The notes below the pieces were generated by a model that was not told the origin of the DNA, made no database searches, and was given only the letters and a program-made list of their open reading frames with translations. A stretch of DNA of 64,000 bases from Patescibacteria group bacterium (lineage in GTDB: Bacteria > Patescibacteriota > Minisyncoccia > Phycocordibacterales > JAKAEA01): positions 189,857-253,856 of the forward strand of contig JAZKCY010000001.1 in assembly GCA_040387855.1 (NCBI GenBank), written 5' to 3'. The translations under genes and the position numbers were made by a program. Positions 1 through 8,286 of this stretch are shown here, piece after piece; position 1 is the first letter of the stretch; each line of letters opens with the position of its first letter.

Positions 1-1
1 A

Positions 2-82
2 GGTATTCATACTGAAGCTATTTTAAATGAAGCACCAAAGCGTGAAGGTGATTACCTAAAAGTAAAAAAGATTCTCGGCTAA
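2..82 (+). CDS. gatC: Asp/Glu-tRNA amidotransferase subunit C, 3' end (partial)
   Basis: Frame reads ...ILNEAPKREGDYLKVKKILG*, a typical GatC C-terminus, directly upstream of gatA. Confidence 0.8.
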   Translation, partial: GIHTEAILNEAPKREGDYLKVKKILG

Positions 83-100
83 TTTCTGAATACTACCTCT

Positions 101-1534
101 ATGATCAATCTTAAAGACCTGACAATTAGAAAAGCACACGAAGCACTTGTGAAAGGCGATTTTACTGCAGTTGAATTAGCACAAGCCTACCTTTCAGAAA
201 TAGAAAAGAAAAATAAAGAACTTAATGCATTTCTTGAAGTATACTCGGATGTACTTACCCAAGCAGAAGCTGCAGATGCAAAGATAAAAGCAGGGAAGGC
301 AACACTTCTTACTGGAATTCCTATATCTATCAAAGATAATATTTTAATCAAAGGCAAGAAAGTTAGTTCAGCATCAAAGATGCTCGAGAATTATACTGGT
401 ACCTATGATGCAACTGTAATCACAAAATTAAAAGAAGAAGGTGCTGTATTTATTGGTCGCACAAACATGGATGAATTTGCCATGGGTGGCTCAACAGAGA
501 ACTCTGCGTTTGGAGTTGTAAAGAACCCTTACGACACAGCTCGAGTGCCTGGAGGCTCTTCTGGAGGTGCTGCAGCTGCTGTAGCTGCCGATATGTGTTT
601 GGTGTCACTTGGATCAGATACTGGTGGATCAATCCGACAACCAGCAAGTTATACAAATCTCGTTGGATTAAAACCAACATACGGTGCAGTATCTCGACAT
701 GGTCTTATGGCAATGACATCTTCATTTGACCAAATTGGTCCACTCACAAAAACTGTAGAAGATGCAGAAATTGTTTTTAATGCAATTAAAGGTAAAGATA
801 TAATGGATGCAACAAGTATCGATACTCCAACATCTACTGAATTAAGTGAAACAAAAGATAAAAAATATAAGATTGGAATTCCTTATGAGTTCTTAAAAGA
901 GGGAGTTGATGCTGATGTACTTCAAAACTTTAATGAATCTATAGATTTACTCAAAAAACATGGATGTGAAATTGTTGATATCTCACTCCCAAACATTCGC
1001 TATGCACTCGGTGTTTATTATATAATTGTACCAGCAGAGGTTTCTTCAAACCTCGCGCGATTTGATGGAGTGAAGTATGGACTTCATAAAGATGGGAAAG
1101 ATCTTTTGGAGGATTACTTACTTACTCGACAAGAAGGATTCGGTAAAGAAGTTCGACGGCGAATTATGCTTGGTACGTATGTGCTTTCATCAGGTTATTA
1201 TGATGCATATTATAATAAAGCAATGAAAGTGCGAGAATTACTCAAGCAAGATTTTGAAAAAGTATTTAGTAGTGTAGATGCAGTGCTTGTTCCTACATCA
1301 CCAATGCCTGCATTTAAGATCGGAGAAAAATCTGAAAATCCTCTTGCCATGTATCTTGCTGATATCTTTACCGTATCAGCAAATATCACATCGCTTCCAG
1401 CTATGTCAGTACCTGCCGGATTTGTAGAGAGAGAAGGAAAGCAGCTACCAGTCGGTATTCAGTTTACTGCACCATATGCAGAAGAGCCGACCCTCTTCGC
1501 ACTTGGGAAGTTGTTTGAAGGTCTTCGCTCATAA
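101..1534 (+). CDS. gatA: Glutamyl-tRNA(Gln) amidotransferase subunit A
   Basis: Amidase signature GGSSGG, GSDTGGSIRQPAS, SNLARFDG, RRIMLGTYVLSSGYYDAYY. Confidence 0.97.
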   Translation: MINLKDLTIRKAHEALVKGDFTAVELAQAYLSEIEKKNKELNAFLEVYSDVLTQAEAADAKIKAGKATLLTGIPISIKDNILIKGKKVSSASKMLENYTGTYDATVITKLKEEGAVFIGRTNMDEFAMGGSTENSAFGVVKNPYDTARVPGGSSGGAAAAVAADMCLVSLGSDTGGSIRQPASYTNLVGLKPTYGAVSRHGLMAMTSSFDQIGPLTKTVEDAEIVFNAIKGKDIMDATSIDTPTSTELSETKDKKYKIGIPYEFLKEGVDADVLQNFNESIDLLKKHGCEIVDISLPNIRYALGVYYIIVPAEVSSNLARFDGVKYGLHKDGKDLLEDYLLTRQEGFGKEVRRRIMLGTYVLSSGYYDAYYNKAMKVRELLKQDFEKVFSSVDAVLVPTSPMPAFKIGEKSENPLAMYLADIFTVSANITSLPAMSVPAGFVEREGKQLPVGIQFTAPYAEEPTLFALGKLFEGLRS

Positions 1535-1539
1535 GCTAC

Positions 1540-2250
1540 ATGGCTGAAGAAAAAAAAGATTTTAAAGATAAAAAAGATGCACCTCCAAAGGAGGAGAAGC
1601 CTGCTCCAAAAGCAGATGCTGCAACTGATGCTACAGGAATTTTAATTCTGGTTATTCTTTTTATGGGAGTCTCTACAGCAGTGGGAGGCTTCTTTGCTAC
1701 ACGAGGTGGATTTAGTGTTGATGGTGTATTAAATTATTTTCTCAATTTAATACCTGATTATGTAATACTTTTCATTCGAAGACTTACTGCTTCATATATT
1801 ATTTTCGTAAACCTCCTTTCATTTATATTTGTAATTGGAATAGTTTACTCATTTATTAAATGGAGAAAGGTAGAAGACAAGTGGTATGCTGCTCTTTATC
1901 CTACACCCGTACCTATGGATGAAATTTCAGAAAAGAAAAATCAAAAATGGGAACGTATAGTCGCCCATATTTCATCAGACAATTCTAGTGATTGGAGATT
2001 GGCGATTCTTGAAGCAGATATAATGCTTGATGATTTATTGGATCATTTGGGATACGTAGGGGATACTATTGGAGATAAGCTTAAAAAGGCTGTACGAGGT
2101 GACTTTAAGACTATTGATCAAGCATGGGAAGCTCACAAAATTCGAAACGCTATAGCTCATGAAGGATCTGATTTTATTCTAACCCAACGTGATGCTCAAA
2201 GAATCATTGGTCTCTATGAAGATGTATTTCGTGAATTTGACTTTATCTAA
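1540..2250 (+). CDS. Hypothetical membrane protein
   Basis: 236-aa ORF with two TM segments and C-terminal AILEAD...AHKIRNAIAHE motif. Confidence 0.7.
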   Translation: MAEEKKDFKDKKDAPPKEEKPAPKADAATDATGILILVILFMGVSTAVGGFFATRGGFSVDGVLNYFLNLIPDYVILFIRRLTASYIIFVNLLSFIFVIGIVYSFIKWRKVEDKWYAALYPTPVPMDEISEKKNQKWERIVAHISSDNSSDWRLAILEADIMLDDLLDHLGYVGDTIGDKLKKAVRGDFKTIDQAWEAHKIRNAIAHEGSDFILTQRDAQRIIGLYEDVFREFDFI

Positions 2251-2270
2251 TTTCTCATATATATTTTAAA

Positions 2271-2341
2271 CGCGGTTTGGTGGAACGGTACCACGGGAGG
2301 CTCATAACCTCCAAAACTCGGTTCAACTCCGAGAACCGCAA
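2271..2341 (+). tRNA. tRNA-Met(CAU), probably initiator
   Basis: Cloverleaf: CGCGGTT/AACCGCA acceptor with C1xA72 mismatch, anticodon loop CTCATAA, T-loop TTCAACT. Confidence 0.85.
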
Positions 2342-2348
2342 CAAGATT

Positions 2349-2379
2349 AACAAAGATACCCGAAAGGGTATTTTTGTTT
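2349..2379 (+). terminator. Intrinsic terminator
   Basis: AACAAAGATACCC-GAAA-GGGTATTTTTGTT hairpin after tRNA. Confidence 0.75.
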
Positions 2380-2432
2380 GCTTAGTTTTACATATTGAAT
2401 ATTCGGGCATAGCATGGTAATCTAAATTTCAC

Positions 2433-2505
2433 GTCAGAGTAGCTCAGTTGGTAGAGCACAGGACTCATAAGCCTGGGGTCGTGGGTTCGATCCCCACCTC
2501 TGACA
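2433..2505 (+). tRNA. tRNA with CAU anticodon (elongator Met or Ile2)
   Basis: GTCAGAG/CTCTGAC acceptor, AGCTCAGTTGGTAGAGC D-arm, loop CTCATAA, GGTTCGATCC T-arm. Confidence 0.88.
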
Positions 2506-2628
2506 CATTAAGTTTGCATTAAGCGTACACTTGACCTAATCAGGCTCATCAGGTAGCATTCATCGTGGAGCGGTTTGACATTGGAGTCTACCGCGTTCTC
2601 GCATCACATCTCACTGAAGGACTGCTTC

Positions 2629-2766
2629 ATGCAGTACGGGACTCACTCTCGGAAGGAAAGCTCCTACCCCCGCAAGGCCAACTCGCACGGCAAGAAGAAG
2701 CGCCGTGGGCCGCGCAGCCGCGACAACAAGGGGCAGCCCGTCACCACGTGGACTCGTCACCGGTAG
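2629..2766 (+). CDS. Small very basic protein (45 aa) in a GC-rich islet
   Basis: GAAGGA SD-like site before ATG; MQYGTHSRKESSYPRKANSHGKKKRRGPRSRDNKG...; hairpin and T-run terminator follow at ~2796-2830. Confidence 0.55.
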   Translation: MQYGTHSRKESSYPRKANSHGKKKRRGPRSRDNKGQPVTTWTRHR

Positions 2767-2904
2767 AAGAACTTCGCCCGTAAGAGGAAGTACAGAGGCA
2801 TCGCCACGTTGTGGATGATCGCCTTTTTTTATATCAAAATTTCCGCCTAGATTTGCTGAATTCCTAAAAATCTGCTACATTTTACCCACATCCATTTTGG
2901 ATAT

Positions 2905-2978
2905 GCGGCCTTAGCTCAACTGGTTAGAGCACTCGCCTGTCACGTGAGAGGTTGCCGGTTCGAGTCCGGTAGGCCGCG
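2905..2978 (+). tRNA. tRNA-Asp(GUC)
   Basis: GCGGCCT/AGGCCGC acceptor, anticodon loop CTGTCAC, GGTTCGAGTCC. Confidence 0.93.
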
Positions 2979-3020
2979 CAAAGAATAGTAAATTAGAAAT
3001 CCCCAGCATGAGCTGGGGAT

Positions 3021-3248
3021 TTGTTGTATAATTATCAAATGTATCAAAAGGTAACAAGAAATAAGTTTTTGTTTTCAGCAATGCCTGGTTATCTTATGAG
3101 TCTTTGTATGTTTTGTATTACTGGTAGTCTTTATAATAAAGATGAAGCTCCATCTGGGCCATTCATTATTGCTGTCGGATTATTTTTAATGTTTGTATCA
3201 ACATTTAGTTTTTATATATTTTCGCTCCATTCATATTTCTTTGATTAA
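3021..3248 (+). CDS. Small hypothetical membrane protein
   Basis: Two hydrophobic segments; true start probably ATG 3039. Confidence 0.45.
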   Translation: MLYNYQMYQKVTRNKFLFSAMPGYLMSLCMFCITGSLYNKDEAPSGPFIIAVGLFLMFVSTFSFYIFSLHSYFFD

Positions 3249-3254
3249 TACCCG

Positions 3255-4316
3255 ATGAAAAACATTTTCAATCGCTCATCACTAAATCCGATACTTCCTC
3301 CTACTAGTGAATGGTGGAAAGTGTATAATCCAGGTGCTGTCCTTGATGAGCAGGGAATTATCCATCTCTATCCACGAGTTGTAAAAAAAGAAGAAGATTG
3401 GCATTCTCGAATTGCTCATGCAACTTCAACAGATGGTGAGCATTTTACATGGGATTCTAATCTCATACTTGAGCGTGAGAATTCATTTGAAAAGAGGGGA
3501 CTTGAAGATCCACGTGTTGTAGAAATAGATAGTACCTACTACATGGCGTATGCGGCCTATGATGGAAAACATGTGCAATTACATACTGCGATTGCTACTA
3601 ATCCATATGGACCATGGCAGCGACAAGGCGAAGCCTTACCGGGATTTAATTTTTTTGCACATGGAGCAAAGATGGTGAAATGGGAACATGGAAAGCCTGT
3701 TGAAAAAACAGTAACAAAGAGAGGTGAGTATTGGTCAAAGTCAGGCACCTATTTTCCTCAGAAAATTAACGATGAGTATGTAATGCTCTTTGGTGAATAT
3801 TATATGTGGCTTGCAACATCACAAGATGGCATTACCTTTCACTCAGATGAAAAGCCATTTATTACTCCACGTAAAGGTACTAAGTATTTTGATAACACAT
3901 TTATAGAGACTGGTCCTCAGCCAATCCTCACAGAAAAGGGATGGCTAGTTTTGTATCACGGTATTGATGAAGCATTTCGTTATCAGCTTGGATTCATGAT
4001 TTTGGATAAAGACAATCCTCGAAATATTTTGTATAGATCAGATGAATCTATTTTTGGACCTCAAGAAGACTATGAAGTTGGAGATGCTCTTATTGATGTA
4101 ATCCCCGGCGGAGTGGATGCAATGAGTACCATGGATGATAATGAGCTCAAATCATTTTATAAAAAAGCACGTGATGAAAATATTATGCCTCAGGTTACTT
4201 TTTGTCCTGGAATTATAGTGCAGGATGGAATTGTGAGAATTTATTATGGAGCCGGGGACACTTCTATATGTACTGCATGGGCACGTCTTGAAGATATTTT
4301 GAAATTAGTTGCGTAA
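3255..4316 (+). CDS. Glycoside hydrolase family 130-like (beta-propeller) protein
   Basis: NPIL, YNPGA, GLEDPRV, WLVLYHG, YYGAGDT motifs. Confidence 0.85.
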   Translation: MKNIFNRSSLNPILPPTSEWWKVYNPGAVLDEQGIIHLYPRVVKKEEDWHSRIAHATSTDGEHFTWDSNLILERENSFEKRGLEDPRVVEIDSTYYMAYAAYDGKHVQLHTAIATNPYGPWQRQGEALPGFNFFAHGAKMVKWEHGKPVEKTVTKRGEYWSKSGTYFPQKINDEYVMLFGEYYMWLATSQDGITFHSDEKPFITPRKGTKYFDNTFIETGPQPILTEKGWLVLYHGIDEAFRYQLGFMILDKDNPRNILYRSDESIFGPQEDYEVGDALIDVIPGGVDAMSTMDDNELKSFYKKARDENIMPQVTFCPGIIVQDGIVRIYYGAGDTSICTAWARLEDILKLVA

Positions 4317-4327
4317 GTTTACTTGTA

Positions 4328-5161
4328 TTACTCTCTAATTCGCTTTGAGAACTCAGGATCGTCTGCAAATTTTAATGCACGTTCATTAATTAAATATTTT
4401 TCGCGTGCTTGTTCTATTGGTAGGTCTGTATCAAGCAACCCTAATTTGTAAGCCAACTTATCCGAAAATCCGGGCATAACAAATGCAAAGCTAAAGGGAA
4501 CTTTGTTGGGAGTAATTGCATTTACATGTTCAACAATATTGGTCGTGCAATTACTTGTAATACTATTGTAAAACTCAGGTTTGTCTTTCAATGTATTAAC
4601 TCTAGTAATAATACTCATAAATAAATCTTGAGCCTTTGCTTGTGTCGTTTTTACTGGATACACATAAACCTGATCTTTTCTATAATTGGATCGTAGTTTT
4701 ACTGCATCACGTTCATCAGCTAAAACGTACATGAGTTCATAACTATTAAAGAGGCCTTTGAATGCAGAAAATTTTTCACCTTGCTCTTTTCTGATTTCTA
4801 CAGATACCGCCAAAAATTGATCGTTCTCAAATTCAAAGCTTAAGAACGTATGGGCTGAGCCAACAAATCCAGAAAATGGTTCTACTATATAATAGACTTT
4901 TTTAAGTTTATTTAGATCAAAAGTTTTATCATAATAATTTGGTGTATAGCTTGTAGTAGATGCATAGGTAAAGTTTCTAATATTATGAACTGAGATAAGA
5001 TTCTCGCGTATTTCTGCATAGGGAAGCACAGCTTGATCAGCATTCCAATTGCGATCGTTTGAAGGTTCCGTGGACCAGTTTACAATAGCAGACACAAGGA
5101 TAATGCTGCTTATACTAATGAGAGCAGAGTACAAAACAATTGAGCGTAGTGTTTTTAACAT
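4328..5161 (-). CDS. DUF4105 (Lnb N-terminal-like) domain protein
   Basis: AHTFLSFEF, SVEIRKE, FYNSITSNCTTNI motifs; N-terminal TM. Confidence 0.8.
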   Translation of the reverse strand: MLKTLRSIVLYSALISISSIILVSAIVNWSTEPSNDRNWNADQAVLPYAEIRENLISVHNIRNFTYASTTSYTPNYYDKTFDLNKLKKVYYIVEPFSGFVGSAHTFLSFEFENDQFLAVSVEIRKEQGEKFSAFKGLFNSYELMYVLADERDAVKLRSNYRKDQVYVYPVKTTQAKAQDLFMSIITRVNTLKDKPEFYNSITSNCTTNIVEHVNAITPNKVPFSFAFVMPGFSDKLAYKLGLLDTDLPIEQAREKYLINERALKFADDPEFSKRIRE

Positions 5162-5183
5162 AGATGAGTATAAATAGTATACA

Positions 5184-5786
5184 TTATTTATACATGCATA
5201 CGGTAAAGTCGTGGGGAAGGTAATCTACCATAATATGAACATTGTCAGAGAGCGTTTTACAAAAATCTGAAATCTCATGAGGAGAATATGCCGCATACGT
5301 AGCATCATTGCGATGGGTGGCACTATTAAGCATATTGAATATGAGAGCCTCAGATGAGAGTTCGTACATTCTTTTGATCATGTCTTTATAATACGTATCA
5401 TTGTGTTCAACTTTAAAATTAAGGGATCCAGATGCGAGAACAACATCATATTTTTCTGTCACATCAAAAATGTCTTGAGTTAAAAATGTAGCCCCTGGAT
5501 ATTTTATCTTAGCTTCTTCTATAAACTCAGGAATGATATCTATGCCTGTATATTCAACAGGAATAGTTTTATTTTTTAAAAATAAATAAAGATCGCCAAG
5601 TCCACAGCCTACATCTAGTATCTTTTTATTTCGTAGATCAATGCTTTGTGCAAATACTTCGAAGCGGATATTTTGTGTGTGTGAATCCATCCATTGAACA
5701 CTGCGGGCATCGTTGGCGCCATACTCTTTTAGAGCATCTACATAAAAATCAGAGATTCTTTTTTGATCGGTAGGTGATAAATGCAT
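5184..5786 (-). CDS. Class I SAM-dependent methyltransferase
   Basis: ILDVGCGLG motif I, YTGIDI, YDVVLASG. Confidence 0.85.
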   Translation of the reverse strand: MHLSPTDQKRISDFYVDALKEYGANDARSVQWMDSHTQNIRFEVFAQSIDLRNKKILDVGCGLGDLYLFLKNKTIPVEYTGIDIIPEFIEEAKIKYPGATFLTQDIFDVTEKYDVVLASGSLNFKVEHNDTYYKDMIKRMYELSSEALIFNMLNSATHRNDATYAAYSPHEISDFCKTLSDNVHIMVDYLPHDFTVCMYK

Positions 5787-5831
5787 GAGACTATACTAAC
5801 ACACTTTTTGTGGTATAATAGATGAGTTACT

Positions 5832-6422
5832 ATGCACTCAATAATACTTCAGTATGTAGAAGCCTGGCCACCGCTCGGGTATGCAATTATAGGTTTGGGA
5901 ATGGCTATAGATGGCGAGCCTTTCCTATTTGCAGCAGCATTTTTACTCTATCAAGGAATTTTAGATTTCATTCCAACACTTTTGGTTGTATTTTCAATGA
6001 CTATTATTGGAGACATTGGTTGGTTTTATTTAGGTAAGCAATTTAATCGACTTCCACGCCCTATAAAGATTTGGATAGAACGATTGGCTGGCCCGTTTGA
6101 TCATTTCCTAGAATTTCATCCAGCAAAACTCATGGGGATTTCAAAGTTTGCATATGGTATCCATCATGCATTGTGGGCACGAGCAGGAGCACTCAATTTA
6201 GATCTTAAAAAATTAATTAAAATAGATATTGTTGCTACAATCGTATGGATTGGAATAGCTGGGGGACTGTCATATATATTTAGTGCTTCATTTGATAAAG
6301 TCACACGATATATTGGTTACTTAGAAATAGGGCTGCTTATTAGTCTTATTATTTTTGTCTATTTTCAGCAAAAGATAGGTAAATTTATTACTCGAAAAAT
6401 GAATGATGTAAATAAAGTGTAG
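5832..6422 (+). CDS. DedA family membrane protein
   Basis: IIGDIGWFYLGK motif, multiple TM helices. Confidence 0.75.
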   Translation: MHSIILQYVEAWPPLGYAIIGLGMAIDGEPFLFAAAFLLYQGILDFIPTLLVVFSMTIIGDIGWFYLGKQFNRLPRPIKIWIERLAGPFDHFLEFHPAKLMGISKFAYGIHHALWARAGALNLDLKKLIKIDIVATIVWIGIAGGLSYIFSASFDKVTRYIGYLEIGLLISLIIFVYFQQKIGKFITRKMNDVNKV

Positions 6423-6435
6423 CTTTGTTCATACT

Positions 6436-6464
6436 TTGCAAAAAGTACTAAAATCTTCTAGTAT
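6436..6464 (+). promoter_or_regulatory. Sigma70-type promoter of the tRNA-Thr locus
   Basis: TTGCAA-17 bp-TAGTAT, 20 bp upstream of the tRNA 5' half. Confidence 0.6.
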
Positions 6465-6484
6465 GTAACAACTGTTCTGTATAT

Positions 6485-6522
6485 GCCGTTGTAGCTCAGT
6501 TGGTAGAGCACGTCATTGGTAA
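6485..6522 (+). pseudogene. 5' half of host tRNA-Thr(GGU), disrupted (attL)
   Basis: GCCGTTGTAGCTCAGTTGGTAGAGCACGTCATTGGTAA then non-tRNA sequence; joins seamlessly with 23667-23703 into a full cloverleaf. Confidence 0.9.
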
Positions 6523-6644
6523 GAAATAGGTCTACCATGATAAACTCATACACGTTGAGTATAAAGGGTAAATTTTGAAAGTTAGGTTGAGGGAGACCAC
6601 CTCTTGTAGAAAACAGGTCATCGGTTAAGTTCGTTAAAATACAT

Positions 6645-6912
6645 GCCGTTGTAGCTCAGTTGGTAGAGCACGTCATTGGTAAACAAAAATTGCCCTTCAT
6701 TTTGGAAACGAAATGATGAAGCCCGAATTACGGTTAATATCCATTTATATGGACAAGACCGTGGCGAGAAATCGCCCGAACGACTGACAAGGGGCGCTAA
6801 ACCGAAAAGGTATGCGCAAGATACAGTCTAATCCTTCTATAAGCCTTCTGGGGCGAAATTAAGGTATTAATGAATGACGAGGTCGACGGTTCAATCCCGT
6901 CCAACGGCTCCA
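6645..6912 (+). tRNA. Element-borne tRNA-Thr(GGU) with group I intron (exons 6645-6680 and 6873-6912)
   Basis: Joined exons give GCCGTTG/CAACGGC acceptor, CGTCA-TTGGTAA-TGACG anticodon arm, GACGG-TTCAATC-CCGTC T-arm and encoded CCA. Confidence 0.9.
6681..6872 (+). ncRNA. Group I self-splicing intron (192 nt, no ORF)
   Basis: 5' exon ends in U and intron ends in G. P1 GGUAA/UUGCC with U.G; P2 with GAAA loop; P4 TACGGT(6729)/ACCGTG(6758); P6 GGCGA-GAAA-TCGCC; P7 GACTG(6782)/CAGTC(6824); J8/7 AAGATA; P9.0 TAAT/ATTA. Confidence 0.88.
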
Positions 6913-6916
6913 CTAA

Positions 6917-6955
6917 AAATAAAAACACTGCATAAGATATGTAGTGTTTTTATTT
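6917..6955 (+). terminator. Hairpin/terminator between element tRNA and integrase 1
   Basis: AAATAAAAACACTGCAT-AAGAT-ATGTAGTGTTTTTATTT, ending right before ATG 6956. Confidence 0.7.
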
Positions 6956-7852
6956 ATGAAAGATATAAAGATTTTGGCTCAAAAGTTTTATGATTATTCT
7001 ATTTATATTAGAGGATATTCACCAGAAACAGTAAAAAGGTATAGGCAGATTATTAACTTCTATTGTAGATTTTCCCAGATTACAAATATTGAGCAAGTTA
7101 GTGAAAAGAGTATTCAGGAACTCTTCTTATATGGCAGGACTCAAAGACAATGGCGGACAAATACCCACATTGTTTTTCATATTTCTCTAAATGTATTTTT
7201 CAGATGGTGTATTCAAGGTGGATATATAAAAATAAATCCAACAGAAAATATGGAGGTCCCTAAAGTTGAAAAGAGATTACCGCCCAAACTGACAAAACAA
7301 GATACATTAAAATTACTTGAGGTTGTCTATAATTATCCCTACGATTATAGGTATCTTAAGTATCGTAACCACGCAATATTTTCTACATTTATTTTTGCAG
7401 GACTACGTAAAAAAGAATTATTAGAATTGAAACTCTCTGATGTAGATATAGAAAATCTTACTATCTTTATCCGCCAAGGTAAGGGAAACAAAGATAGGGT
7501 GGTACCAATGACGTATACATTGGCCCAGACTCTTAAGGTATATATGAGTGAACGAAAAAGGCTGAATAAAACATGTCCACATTTCTTTGCATCCCTTAAC
7601 CGTAATATCGGGTTTACAAACATTGGATTAAGGAGATTGGTAAACAAAATCTGTATAGCTTCAGATATAAAGTTTACTATTCATAAGCTTAGACATACGT
7701 TTGCTACTCTTATGCTAGAAGGAGGTTGTGATATTTATAGTTTATCCAAGATGATGGGCCATAGTGACATCAAGACTACAACCATCTATCTCGCTGCAAG
7801 TGCTGAGCATTTGAGAATCCAAATAAGGAAACATCCCTTGAATAATTTATGA
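6956..7852 (+). CDS. Tyrosine recombinase/integrase 1 (XerC/D-like)
   Basis: GLRKKEL, GKGNKDR, HKLRH, GHSDIKTTTIY: full R-K-H-R-H-Y set; ATG 6956 preferred over GTG 6944. Confidence 0.93.
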   Translation: MKDIKILAQKFYDYSIYIRGYSPETVKRYRQIINFYCRFSQITNIEQVSEKSIQELFLYGRTQRQWRTNTHIVFHISLNVFFRWCIQGGYIKINPTENMEVPKVEKRLPPKLTKQDTLKLLEVVYNYPYDYRYLKYRNHAIFSTFIFAGLRKKELLELKLSDVDIENLTIFIRQGKGNKDRVVPMTYTLAQTLKVYMSERKRLNKTCPHFFASLNRNIGFTNIGLRRLVNKICIASDIKFTIHKLRHTFATLMLEGGCDIYSLSKMMGHSDIKTTTIYLAASAEHLRIQIRKHPLNNL

Positions 7853-8046
7853 AATCATTGAGCAATTTTATTATTATGTAAAAATGTGTTATCGTTTCCG
7901 TCTTTAGTAATGAATTAAAAGAACTTGTTTTTAAGTCGGGCATTCTGTATACTATAAATGATTATATGGATCAGCTCTCTAATTCAAGTGTAGTAAATAT
8001 TTAGCCAAGATATAATTGGTGGGCTTTTTACTTTAGTTGTAATTTT

Positions 8047-8286
8047 ATGAAAAAATTCATTCAAAAAATATTGACAGGTACTAGATCATCTCAAAATGCT
8101 GATTTGCTTAATGAGTTTATTCAAACACAACAAGATATAAAGAAATTACCTGCCTTTTCTAACTTAGAAAAAGTTCAATTTGATCAAGATGTATCAATCG
8201 GTCATCTTTATTATTCAAGCAAAATAGAAGGTACCCATCTTGATGAAAAACGATTGAATCAAGCAATTCATGCAAAAAGAGTTTGA
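8047..8286 (+). CDS. Putative FicA-type antitoxin (inhibitory helix)
   Basis: SSKIEG matches the (S/T)xxxE(G/N) Fic-inhibitory motif; overlaps the downstream fic gene. Confidence 0.65.
   Translation: MKKFIQKILTGTRSSQNADLLNEFIQTQQDIKKLPAFSNLEKVQFDQDVSIGHLYYSSKIEGTHLDEKRLNQAIHAKRV

Noticed and set aside
6523-6644. Sequence after the first tRNA half as a second intron
   Set aside because: No P4/P7 group I core and it is followed by another 5' half, not a 3' exon; better explained as the element's left end.
6485-6682. 38-bp direct repeat (6485-6522 / 6645-6682) as a CRISPR array
   Set aside because: Only two copies, both are tRNA-Thr 5' halves, spacer is 122 bp, no cas genes.
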